From: Flavobacteriaceae bacterium
GTDB taxonomy: Bacteria; Bacteroidota; Bacteroidia; Flavobacteriales; Flavobacteriaceae
DNA: 32,000 nt
Direction of reading: 5' to 3'
NCBI GenBank assembly: GCA_965224465.1
Contig: OZ245049.1
Span: 810,001-842,000 of the forward strand
In this document: positions 10,107 through 18,557 of the stretch, piece by piece
Position numbering within the stretch: position 1 is the stretch's first letter
How the letters are laid out: each line of letters opens with the position of its first letter
Notes under the pieces: generated by a model
Seen by the model: the letters and a program-made list of their open reading frames with translations, nothing else
Told to the model about the DNA's origin: nothing
Databases searched by the model: none
Made by a program: the position numbers and the translations under genes

Positions 10107-10805
10107 TTAGTTTTGTTCTGTAATTGTTTTTAACTTTAATTTCATTGTATCAGCCGTTATATTTACATGTAATATATCGTCTGTTAAAACTTCATTATTA
10201 TACTCAAAATCTAATTTGTTATTATCAAGGTCAATAGCCAATTCTTTACCCGCAGCGTTTAATGTTTTTAAAACAAAAAAGACTTCTTTACCTCGTTTTA
10301 AATTATTTTTTGGCATTTTATTACCCTCTAAATCGGTATAATACATTTCTATAATTTCAGGTTCTTCTTGTTGCTCTATTACAGTTGGTTCAACTTCTAT
10401 AAAAGGATCTTCAAACACCCAATTTTCTATTTTTTTAACATCTTTTATTTTAACAGCTCCACACGTTATCTCTAAATTAATGTGTAAGGGTAAATTGTCT
10501 TGATTGTCAAATTCTTCTGTAAGGCCTACAATATAGGCTTTGTGGAATTCTACTTTGTACAAGGTTTTAAACTCATCTCTGTCATAAAATATTAATTCAC
10601 CGCTAAAACTAGCATTTGGTGAAAACATATAGTGATACAAATCGCTATCAAACCCCGTAGATTCAAACATTAAATGGAATGGGCTTTTACGCGTTGTTGT
10701 CGTAGGATTTCCCGTAATATCTTTTAGTTTGTATAAGGTGTATTCTGCTCTTAATAACGTTCTTTCTTTTCCATCTATAATGGCGATGCCTTTAAAACTA
10801 CTCAT
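10107..10805 (-). CDS. tssD: type VI secretion tube protein TssD/Hcp-like with a ~95-aa C-terminal extension (copy 2)
   Basis: The N-terminal ~130 aa follow the Bacteroidota TssD pattern (see feature 17031-17729). Differs from copy 3 at one residue. Confidence 0.8.
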   Translation of the reverse strand: MSSFKGIAIIDGKERTLLRAEYTLYKLKDITGNPTTTTRKSPFHLMFESTGFDSDLYHYMFSPNASFSGELIFYDRDEFKTLYKVEFHKAYIVGLTEEFDNQDNLPLHINLEITCGAVKIKDVKKIENWVFEDPFIEVEPTVIEQQEEPEIIEMYYTDLEGNKMPKNNLKRGKEVFFVLKTLNAAGKELAIDLDNNKLDFEYNNEVLTDDILHVNITADTMKLKLKTITEQN

Positions 10806-11632
10806 GGCTTTTCAATTTCTGGATTCATCTTTTAATTTTTAATAGTTATAGATATTTTCTTACCCTGACACTAGCCCCATAGTATCACAATAGCAATTCC
10901 GAACATGATGGTATATCCATTTAGTTCACATTACAGGACGGGCTTATTATTAGGGTGTATCTATTTTTTTAAACGTAGGTCAAATATATAAAATAATGTT
11001 ATACGCAGCATGTTTTTATGGTTTACCCCCACATTTTAGGGGGTAAATCCCCGTAGCGCTGTCTAGAAACAGAAAACAATCTTTCGGAGTGCACCTTGTA
11101 CCCTCAGGTAAAAGCTGTTGGCTACAGATATAGTACTGTTTATTTGGTAATTACAAGAGGTTGACGGCTCTTTTACGTAGCTATAAAAACAGGAATTAAT
11201 CAAGTAGAATTACGATTAGTACACGTCCAATAAACCTGACGAGAATAAGCCCCTATAAATCATAACAAATCAATAAGACTCAAAACAAGAACAATTGCGT
11301 ACCTGTAAAAAAAAAGGTTGAAATATAGGGGGTTGTTCAAAGCAAGGAAACAAAAATCACAAATTAAAACATGCATCATGACAAGTAAAAATACAGATGT
11401 ATACTGCGCATATCTTTTACGTCACAAATAGCAAGAACGCTTGCCTATAAAAAAATACAATTTGTAAAAATTTCCGGGTGCGCGTGAAATTATATACCTG
11501 TGTTAATCTGTTTAAGTTTATGTTGTTCTAATTACAGTTTTCTCCCTCAATTTGAGCGTTTAATTCTCAGAGACGCTGCCTCTAAATAAAGAATAGTCTT
11601 TCAAAGTAAAGATCAAACCCTTAGAGGGGGAT
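10806..11632 (-). repeat. ~830-nt non-coding spacer between the lipoprotein gene and tssD (copy 2)
   Basis: No ORF of 60 aa or more on either strand. Near-identical to 17730-18557. Its lipoprotein-proximal half also occurs at 1921-2385. Confidence 0.9.
11022..11047. other. perfect 9-bp GC-rich stem-loop inside the spacer (TTTACCCCC-ACATTTTA-GGGGGTAAA)
   Basis: Read directly from the sequence. Not followed by a T-run on either strand, so it is not a canonical terminator. An identical copy lies at 17946-17971. Confidence 0.6.
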
Positions 11633-12301
11633 TTAGTTTACAATATCATCTTCGTTATACTCGTGTCTTATTTTAAATAGTTTATCCTTTTTAAAGAATA
11701 AAGACACTGAGGAATTCCCTGCCCTTGTAGAATTAATAGCATGAGAAAATGTAAAGTGCCACACATTATAATTCATCATATCTGGGTCAAAATCTTTTTC
11801 CAACCACTTATTAGAAAGCACAATTTGGTATTTTTCATATATGGGATTTTTGTAAATCGCTAGCAACTTTTTATAGATCTCTCCAAGTGGATCATTAACA
11901 TGGATAGCGATTTTATCCGATACATTTTCTGGCCATTTTGGAATAGCATCCAAAAGAGCCCCTCCTATTTCTATAGCACTTACCTTGTTTTGATTAAATC
12001 GGATAAGGATCCGTTGTGTGACTCCCAATGTTCTCTCTAAAGTAATAGCGTGGTATAAACTAATATCACTTTTAATTTCAGTTGGATTTGAAAAGGGTTG
12101 CCTGTAAGGTATTGAAACATCGTGAAAATTTTTCTCTATCCCTAATTCTTGTAGTTGACGGTACACGTCTATAGGAGAACTTCCAATTTGAAGTGTCCAT
12201 TTTTTCCCACTAGTTATGTTTTCAGTTTTCGGAAAATCATCATCTATTTCACACGAGAATAAAAAGAATAAAGAGGCGATTAATAAAGCTATTTTTTTCA
12301 T
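11633..12301 (-). CDS. 222-aa lipoprotein of unknown function (copy 2)
   Basis: MKKIALLIASLFFLFSCEIDDD... has a signal peptide plus lipobox Cys. By hand alignment it differs from copy 3 at 9 nucleotides, 6 of which change the amino acid. Confidence 0.85.
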   Translation of the reverse strand: MKKIALLIASLFFLFSCEIDDDFPKTENITSGKKWTLQIGSSPIDVYRQLQELGIEKNFHDVSIPYRQPFSNPTEIKSDISLYHAITLERTLGVTQRILIRFNQNKVSAIEIGGALLDAIPKWPENVSDKIAIHVNDPLGEIYKKLLAIYKNPIYEKYQIVLSNKWLEKDFDPDMMNYNVWHFTFSHAINSTRAGNSSVSLFFKKDKLFKIRHEYNEDDIVN

Positions 12302-12319
12302 GATCTTAATTTTATATGT

Positions 12320-12566
12320 TCAACCATTTATCTTTTTGGATAATTTTCCAACATCATCATCATCGGCTGCTTTATAAAGACCTTTTACTTCTTTATCTTG
12401 ATGTTTCCAAAAGAAACCAGCGCTCATGCAGGCATCTTTTAAATTGGAGGCTATTTTTTTTTGAAAAAGTTTTAAGTGTTACTATAACGTTTTCTGCAAA
12501 TAGCGTATAATCATTCCTTTATAATATTTCTTTTAATTTCAGTAATATCTTGTAATTTATTAATAT
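12320..12566 (-). pseudogene. 3'-truncated orphan effector fragment plus the last ~18 codons of an immunity gene, cut by IS30 copy B
   Basis: Encodes ...ACMSAGFFWKHQDKEVKGLYKAADDDDVGKLSKKING then a stop (12320-12427). Same junction with lipoprotein-upstream DNA as at 4204/4205. 12510-12566 matches an immunity 3' end (compare 4392-4447). Confidence 0.8.
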
Positions 12567-13691
12567 GCTGAATTCAAGTCACAAACGCAACTTTTAGTTA
12601 AATAATAATTGTTCCATTACAAATATAGGGTTTTGATATTTATGTCTCTTCCTAGGTCTGTTATTTAATTTTGTTTCTACCTCTTTGATTCTTTGATCTG
12701 TTAGGTTTGTAAAGTCACTTCCTTTGGCAAAATATTGTCTAATCAAACCATTTAAATTTTCGTTAGATCCTCTTTCCCAAGAGTGATATGGATGCGCAAA
12801 AAAGTAATCAATACATAAATTTTCTGCAACCTGCTCATGGCCTGCAAATTCTTTTCCATTATCAGCTGTTATAGTATGTAGATAAGGCTTCCAGTCTTCT
12901 AATATTTCATTGATAGCTTTAGTGACAACAACTGCTTCTTTAGAGCTTACTTTTTTCATTTTAAGCATTCCAGAAGCTCTATCATTTACGGTAAGTATGG
13001 CTTGATTATGGTTTTTACCTATGATTAAATCGACCTCTAAATCTCCAAATCGATTTCTTTGTTCAACAACTTCAGGGCGTTGTTCTATACTAATACGATT
13101 CTTTATAACCCCTCTAGAATCCTTTGATGAGCCACGTTTTCTATATCTCCTTCCCTGTCTGCGAAGGTGTGTATGTAAATCACCATCATTCCTCTTGTCT
13201 TCCCTAATATGCTGATATATACGCTCAATAGACACCGTTTCTTTACCTTGTTTTTTTAGGACACCAACTACTTGCTCAGGACTATAATCGTCTCGCAATA
13301 ACAACTCTATTGCTTGTTGAATATCTTCTGTAAAGCGTTTTCTTTTAGGCTTTTCTTTATGACGTTTAGCATACTTTTTTTGGGCTAATTCATGCTTGTA
13401 AACTCCATTTCTTTTGTCTGAATTACGCTTAATCTCTTTGCTAATAACAGACTTGTCTTTTCCTATAGCAGCTGCTATCTCAACCTGTTTATAACCTTGT
13501 TTTAACATGCAACAAATTGTGTATCTTTGCGCTTGGGTGATGTGTTTCATACAACTTCTTTTTTCGAGATTTGAGACCGTAAGATACATATCCATCAAGA
13601 CAAGAAAGGTAGGTTTTCCTACTTTTCTGTTTTGAAAATATAACCATCATAGAATCAAATCGAAAAGTTGCGTTTATTAGTTGAATTTAAG
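12567..13691 (-). mobile_element. IS30-family insertion sequence (copy B, inverted relative to copy A, diverged), with no target duplication
   Basis: Ends are GCTGAATTCAAGTCACAAACGCAACTT and AAGTTGCGTTTATTAGTTGAATTTAAG. The flanking triplets differ (TAT / AAT), and the flanks come from different parts of immunity genes. Confidence 0.85.
12594..13598 (-). CDS. IS30-family DDE transposase (the true start may be the internal MKHITQAQRYT at 13550)
   Basis: 334-aa ORF collinear with 2728-3705 (same HTH and DDE-region motifs) but with many substitutions. Confidence 0.9.
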   Translation of the reverse strand: MMDMYLTVSNLEKRSCMKHITQAQRYTICCMLKQGYKQVEIAAAIGKDKSVISKEIKRNSDKRNGVYKHELAQKKYAKRHKEKPKRKRFTEDIQQAIELLLRDDYSPEQVVGVLKKQGKETVSIERIYQHIREDKRNDGDLHTHLRRQGRRYRKRGSSKDSRGVIKNRISIEQRPEVVEQRNRFGDLEVDLIIGKNHNQAILTVNDRASGMLKMKKVSSKEAVVVTKAINEILEDWKPYLHTITADNGKEFAGHEQVAENLCIDYFFAHPYHSWERGSNENLNGLIRQYFAKGSDFTNLTDQRIKEVETKLNNRPRKRHKYQNPIFVMEQLLFN

Positions 13692-13991
13692 AATTAAAAA
13701 ACTTGAAGTTTTATTATTTATATTAATTTTACTTTCTCTTTCTCTATTTTCTTTAAGAAACAAAACAGTATCACCTTCTTTTACAGGAAGTGTATGTATT
13801 AAATCCAAATCAAATCCATCTTTACGTCTATTAGTTTCTATATTACTATAGTCATAGATAATAGTATCTATAACGATACTATTACTGCTCTTCTCTGTGT
13901 TTTTTAGAGTCATTTTACAAGAATTTGTAATCATTAAACAAAATAATACTAATAGTACACTACTGGTTCTTTTCACAATTTTCATAATCAA
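13692..13991 (-). pseudogene. immunity lipoprotein gene truncated after ~100 codons by IS30 copy B
   Basis: ORF 13677-13991 matches the d/e-type immunity N-terminus through KTSSFLI and then reads into the IS end. Confidence 0.85.
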
Positions 13992-14261
13992 ATATTATTT
14001 TTAAATCATCCGTATATTTTTGGCGTTGGCTTAATCCATTTCTACCTCCATTTATTGCTTTAGTTATTTTTTTTACATCATCGTCATCAGCAGATTTATA
14101 AACATCAAAATATTGATTTTGATGTTTCCAAAAGAAACCAGCACTCATGCAGGCATCTTTTAAATTGGAGGCTATTTTTTTTGAAAAAATTTTAAGTGTT
14201 ACTAAAAAGTTTTCAGGGAAGCCATGTTTAGTACCATACTTTGCTAAATAAGCCGTAACAC
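13960..14261 (-). pseudogene. orphan effector C-terminal cassette (tip type 3) with longer upstream homology
   Basis: Effector homology extends upstream to VTAYLAKYGTKHGFPENFLVTLKIFSKKIASNLKDAC and breaks at about 14261. Confidence 0.8.
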
Positions 14262-14292
14262 ATGGTTAGCAACTGGGCTTTTTTTAGTGATT

Positions 14293-15033
14293 TCAATAAT
14301 TGTACTTTCTTCTATTTTTTTTATCTCGAGCAGCCCTTTTTAGCTTGTAAAGATCAATATATTTGTTCTTGTGATTAATATTTATTAAGGTATCTAGTTG
14401 ACTATAAAATCTTTCCTCTTCATTCATGAAATTATATTTAATAATTACTTTATTAATAGTTAATGTATTGTTATTATCAATTTTAAAGTAAATATCATAA
14501 GCTTGTAAATTATTATTATGCACCTTAAATTTAGCCAAAGTGTCATTAATCTTTATAATTTCTAGTGAGCCTGACATATTGCTAGGGCCGTATGGTCTTT
14601 CAGCTTCGCCATAGTTACAATAAATGTAAAATGTAGACACCTTTTTTGTCTTTTTGTTTTTAATACTAATTGGGTAGGTGTTAAATTTATTAGTCCCTGT
14701 TTTATAATAACTCGATCCGTTGCTAGAAGATTGAATTAAAAAACTTGAAGTTTTATTATTTATATTAATTTTACTTTCTCTTTCTCTATTTTCTTTAAGA
14801 AACAAAACAGTATCACCTTCTTTTACAGGAAGTATATGTATTAAATCCAAATCAAATCCATCTTTACGTCTATTTGTCTCTATATTACTATAGTCATATA
14901 TAATAGTATCTATAACGATACTATTACTGCTCTTCTCTGTGTTTTTTAGAGTCATTTTACAAGAATTTGTAATCATTAAACAAAATAATACTAATAGTAC
15001 ACTACTGGTTCTTTTCACAATTTTCATAATCAA
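14293..15033 (-). CDS. 246-aa lipoprotein, putative immunity protein (variant d, altered C-terminus)
   Basis: Almost identical to 15273-16007 over most of its length. It ends ...YKLKRAARDKKNRRKYNY instead of ...YKLQDVTEIKRNIIKE. Confidence 0.85.
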   Translation of the reverse strand: MIMKIVKRTSSVLLVLFCLMITNSCKMTLKNTEKSSNSIVIDTIIYDYSNIETNRRKDGFDLDLIHILPVKEGDTVLFLKENRERESKININNKTSSFLIQSSSNGSSYYKTGTNKFNTYPISIKNKKTKKVSTFYIYCNYGEAERPYGPSNMSGSLEIIKINDTLAKFKVHNNNLQAYDIYFKIDNNNTLTINKVIIKYNFMNEEERFYSQLDTLININHKNKYIDLYKLKRAARDKKNRRKYNY

Positions 15034-15190
15034 ATATTATTTTTAAATCATCCGTATATTTTTGGCGTTGGCTTAATCCATTTCTACCTCCATTTATTGC
15101 TTTAGTTATTTTTTTTACATCATCGTCATCAGCAGATTTATAAACATCAAAATATTGATTTTGATGTTTCCAAAAGAAACCAGCACTCAT
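15002..15190 (-). pseudogene. orphan effector C-terminal cassette (tip type 3)
   Basis: 62-aa fragment identical to those at 6066-6254 and 13960-14148, preceded by ...FSKKIASNLKDAC homology only. Confidence 0.85.
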
Positions 15191-15272
15191 GCAGGCATCT
15201 TTTAAATTGGAGGCTATTTTTTTTGAAAAAATTTTAAGTGTTTCTATAACGTTTTCTGCAAATAGCGTATAA

Positions 15273-16007
15273 TCATTCCTTTATAATATTTCTTTTAATT
15301 TCAGTAACATCTTGTAGCTTGTAAAGGTCAATATATTTATTCTTATTATTAATATTTATTAAGGTATCAAGTTGGTAATAATATTCTTCCTCGTCCATCC
15401 TAAAGTTATATTTCATAAATACTTTATTAATAGTTAATGTATTGTTATTATCAATTTTAAAGTAAATATCATAAGCTTGTAAATTATTATTATGCACCTT
15501 AAATTTAGCCAAAGTGTCATTAATCTTTATAATTTCTAGTGAGCCTGACATATTGCTAGGGCCGTATGGTCTTTCAGCTTCGCCATAGTTACAATAAATG
15601 TAAAATGTAGACACCTTTTTTGTCTTTTTGTTTTTAATACTAATTGGGTAGGTGTTAAATTTATTAGTCCCTGTTTTATAATAACTCGATCCGTTGCTAG
15701 AAGATTGAATTAAAAAACTTGAAGTTTTATTATTTATATTAATTTTACTTTCTCTTTCTCTATTTTCTTTAAGAAACAAAACAGTATCACCTTCTTTTAC
15801 AGGAAGTATATGTATTAAATCCAAATCAAATCCATCTTTACGTCTATTAGTTTCTATATTACTATAGTCATAGATAATAGTATCTATAACGATACTATTA
15901 CTGCTCTTCTCTGTATTTTTTAGAGTCATTTTACAAGAATTTGTAATCATTAAACATAATAATACAAATAGTACACTACTGGTTCTTTTCACAATTTTCA
16001 TAATCAA
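15273..16007 (-). CDS. 244-aa lipoprotein, putative cognate immunity protein of the intact effector (variant e)
   Basis: Signal peptide plus LMITNSC lipobox. The start overlaps the effector stop region by 32 nt. Confidence 0.85.
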   Translation of the reverse strand: MIMKIVKRTSSVLFVLLCLMITNSCKMTLKNTEKSSNSIVIDTIIYDYSNIETNRRKDGFDLDLIHILPVKEGDTVLFLKENRERESKININNKTSSFLIQSSSNGSSYYKTGTNKFNTYPISIKNKKTKKVSTFYIYCNYGEAERPYGPSNMSGSLEIIKINDTLAKFKVHNNNLQAYDIYFKIDNNNTLTINKVFMKYNFRMDEEEYYYQLDTLININNKNKYIDLYKLQDVTEIKRNIIKE

Positions 16008-17025
16008 ATATTAATTTTAAATCATCTGTATATTTTTGGCGTTCCTTTAATCCAGTAACTCCACCATTTATCTTATCAGTTAGTTCTTCTACATCGTCAT
16101 CATCAGCTGCTTTATAAAGATTTTTTACTTCTTTATTTTGATGTTTCCAAAAGAAACCAGCACTCATGCAGGCATCTTTTAAATTGGAGGCTATTTTTTT
16201 TGAAAAAGTTTTAAGTGTTTTTAAAAATTTTTCAGGGAAGCCATGTTTAGTGCCATACTTTGCTAAGTAAGCGGTAACACTTTGGTATTTATCATCACGT
16301 TTTGCAATATAAATTTTAAAAAGAGGCGTAAATACTTCAGTACTATTAGATTCTTTATGAATAATTCTTTCTTGTTCGTCGTAACAAGCTAAATAGTTGT
16401 AATCGTGTGTTATTTGTTTTATTCCTCTACCTCTAAATTCTCTACCTCCATAATAGTTTAAACCATCTCCTTTATTTAGAGCTTCATAGGTATTTACAAA
16501 TCTTGTTGATTCATGGTAAGATTGTGCTAGAAAATGAATTTTACGAATACATGTTTTTATGTCATATTTATTAAAAGTTTTGTTTAGGTATTCTGCAAAT
16601 AGGCTATAATTGTTTGCCTCACTAGATTTTATTTTTTCACTTCTTTTAGATTGAAAAATATTAGTTCCTAAATCTGAAAATTTTGTTATCCTCTTAACAA
16701 CTCTTTTAATTTCTTCTTTTCCTTCGTACTCTTTAGAAGAATATGTGCCTTTTTCTTTATCTATTAATTTGTAGAATCCTTTTTTCTTTTTTCTATCTTT
16801 TAATTCAAAAAATTCATCCCCATTGGCATTGCTATATAATTTATTTCCATTTTTATGAGATTGACCTTGGGCTTCAACTACAACTTCTTTTTCTCTTAAT
16901 TCCTTAACTATCTTTTTTAACTCTGTTACTGTTATATCCCTATTACAATAACAAGGTTCAATAATGTTTAAATCTTCAAATTCATGACTTATATGTTCAT
17001 GTTCTGTAAACCAAGCTCTTCCCAT
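15976..17025 (-). CDS. putative T6SS cargo effector: GH19/COG3179-type lysozyme-like peptidoglycan hydrolase with a charged N-terminal region (intact copy)
   Basis: Contains IHFLAQSYHESTRF (catalytic Glu context), FRGRGIKQITHDYNY, CMSAGFFWKHQ and INGGVTGLKERQ. These match the predicted-chitinase/GH19 lysozyme family pattern as I recall it. Starts 5 nt after tssD. Confidence 0.8.
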   Translation of the reverse strand: MGRAWFTEHEHISHEFEDLNIIEPCYCNRDITVTELKKIVKELREKEVVVEAQGQSHKNGNKLYSNANGDEFFELKDRKKKKGFYKLIDKEKGTYSSKEYEGKEEIKRVVKRITKFSDLGTNIFQSKRSEKIKSSEANNYSLFAEYLNKTFNKYDIKTCIRKIHFLAQSYHESTRFVNTYEALNKGDGLNYYGGREFRGRGIKQITHDYNYLACYDEQERIIHKESNSTEVFTPLFKIYIAKRDDKYQSVTAYLAKYGTKHGFPEKFLKTLKTFSKKIASNLKDACMSAGFFWKHQNKEVKNLYKAADDDDVEELTDKINGGVTGLKERQKYTDDLKLIFDYENCEKNQ

Positions 17026-17030
17026 AGTAT

Positions 17031-17729
17031 TTAGTTTTGTTCTGTAATTGTTTTTAACTTTAATTTCATTGTATCAGCCGTTATATTTACATGTAATATA
17101 TCGTCTGTTAAAACTTCATTATTATACTCAAAATCTAATTTGTTATTATCAAGGTCAATAGCCAATTCTTTACCTGCAGCGTTTAATGTTTTTAAAACAA
17201 AAAAGACTTCTTTACCTCGTTTTAAATTATTTTTTGGTATTTTATTACCCTCTAAATCGGTATAATACATTTCTATAATTTCAGGTTCTTCTTGTTGCTC
17301 TATTACAGTTGGTTCAACTTCTATAAAAGGATCTTCAAACACCCAATTTTCTATTTTTTTAACATCTTTTATTTTAACAGCTCCACACGTTATCTCTAAA
17401 TTAATGTGTAAGGGTAAATTGTCTTGATTGTCAAATTCTTCTGTAAGGCCTACAATATAGGCTTTGTGGAATTCTACTTTGTACAAGGTTTTAAACTCAT
17501 CTCTGTCATAAAATATTAATTCACCGCTAAAACTAGCATTTGGAGAAAACATATAGTGATACAAATCGCTATCAAACCCCGTAGATTCAAACATTAAATG
17601 GAATGGGCTTTTACGCGTTGTTGTCGTAGGATTTCCCGTAATATCTTTTAGTTTGTATAAGGTGTATTCTGCTCTTAATAACGTTCTTTCTTTTCCATCT
17701 ATAATGGCGATGCCTTTAAAACTACTCAT
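17031..17729 (-). CDS. tssD: type VI secretion tube protein TssD/Hcp-like with a ~95-aa C-terminal extension (copy 3)
   Basis: MSSFKGIAIIDGKERTLLRAEYTLYKLKDITGNPTTTTRKSPFHLMFESTGFDSDLYHYMF...GELIFYDRDE...YIVGLTEEFD...INLEITCGAVKIKDVKKIENW is collinear with Bacteroidota TssD proteins. Then comes an acidic linker EVEPTVIEQQEEPEIIE and an extra domain. Confidence 0.8.
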   Translation of the reverse strand: MSSFKGIAIIDGKERTLLRAEYTLYKLKDITGNPTTTTRKSPFHLMFESTGFDSDLYHYMFSPNASFSGELIFYDRDEFKTLYKVEFHKAYIVGLTEEFDNQDNLPLHINLEITCGAVKIKDVKKIENWVFEDPFIEVEPTVIEQQEEPEIIEMYYTDLEGNKIPKNNLKRGKEVFFVLKTLNAAGKELAIDLDNNKLDFEYNNEVLTDDILHVNITADTMKLKLKTITEQN

Positions 17730-18557
17730 GGCTTTTCAATTTCTGGATTCATCTTTTAATTTTTAATAGTTATAGATATTTTCTTACCCTGACACTAGCC
17801 CCATAGTATCACAATAGCAATTCCAAACATGATGGTATATCCATTTAGTTCACATTACAGGACGGGCTTATTATTAGGGTGTATCTATTTTTTTAAACGT
17901 AGGTCAAATATATAAAATAATGTTATACGCAGCATGTTTTTATGGTTTACCCCCACATTTTAGGGGGTAAATCCCCGTAGCGCTGTCTAGAAACAGAAAA
18001 CAATCTTTCGGAGTGCACCTTGTACCCTCAGGTAAAAGCTGTTGATTACAGGTATAGTGCTGTTTATCTAGTAATTACAAGAGGTTGACGGCTCTTTTAC
18101 TCAGCTATAAAAACAGGAATTAATCAAGTAGAATTACGATTAGTACACGTCCAATAAACCTGACGAGAATAAGCCCCCTATAAATCATAACAAATCAATA
18201 AGACTCAAAACAAGAACAATTGCGTACCTGTAAAAAAAAAGGTTGAAATATAGGGGGTTGTTCAAAGCAAGGAAACAAAAATCACAAATTAAAACATGCA
18301 TCATGACAAGTAAAATCACAGATGTATACAGCACATATCTTTTACGTCACAAATAGCAAGAACGCTTGCCTATAAAAAAATACAATTTGTAAAAATTTCC
18401 TGGTGCGCGTGAAATTATATACCTGTGTTAATCTGTTTAAGTTTATGTTGTTCTAATTACAGTTTTCTCCCTCAATTTGAGCGTTTAATTCTCAGAGACG
18501 CTGCCTCTAAATAAAGAATAGTCTTTCAAAGTAAAGATCAACCCCTAGGAAGGGGAT
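17730..18557 (-). repeat. ~830-nt non-coding spacer between the lipoprotein gene and tssD (copy 3)
   Basis: Near-identical to 10806-11632, with small clusters of substitutions (for example around 18040-18075 and 18310-18345). Confidence 0.9.

Noticed and set aside
11236-11243. CTGACGAG in the spacer, resembling the hammerhead ribozyme CUGANGA core.
   Set aside because: I could not place a stem II followed by GAAA, or a cleavage-site helix, in the required arrangement. The nearby GAAA lies inside the putative loop rather than after a helix.
15273-17025. GH19-like lysozyme followed by an overlapping lipoprotein gene, read as a phage lysis cassette (endolysin plus o-spanin).
   Set aside because: The lipoprotein is about 243 aa, far larger than spanins. 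There is no holin and there are no phage structural genes. The enzyme is 5 nt downstream of a TssD/Hcp-like gene and is followed by arrays of paralogous lipoproteins, which fits effector/immunity biology better.
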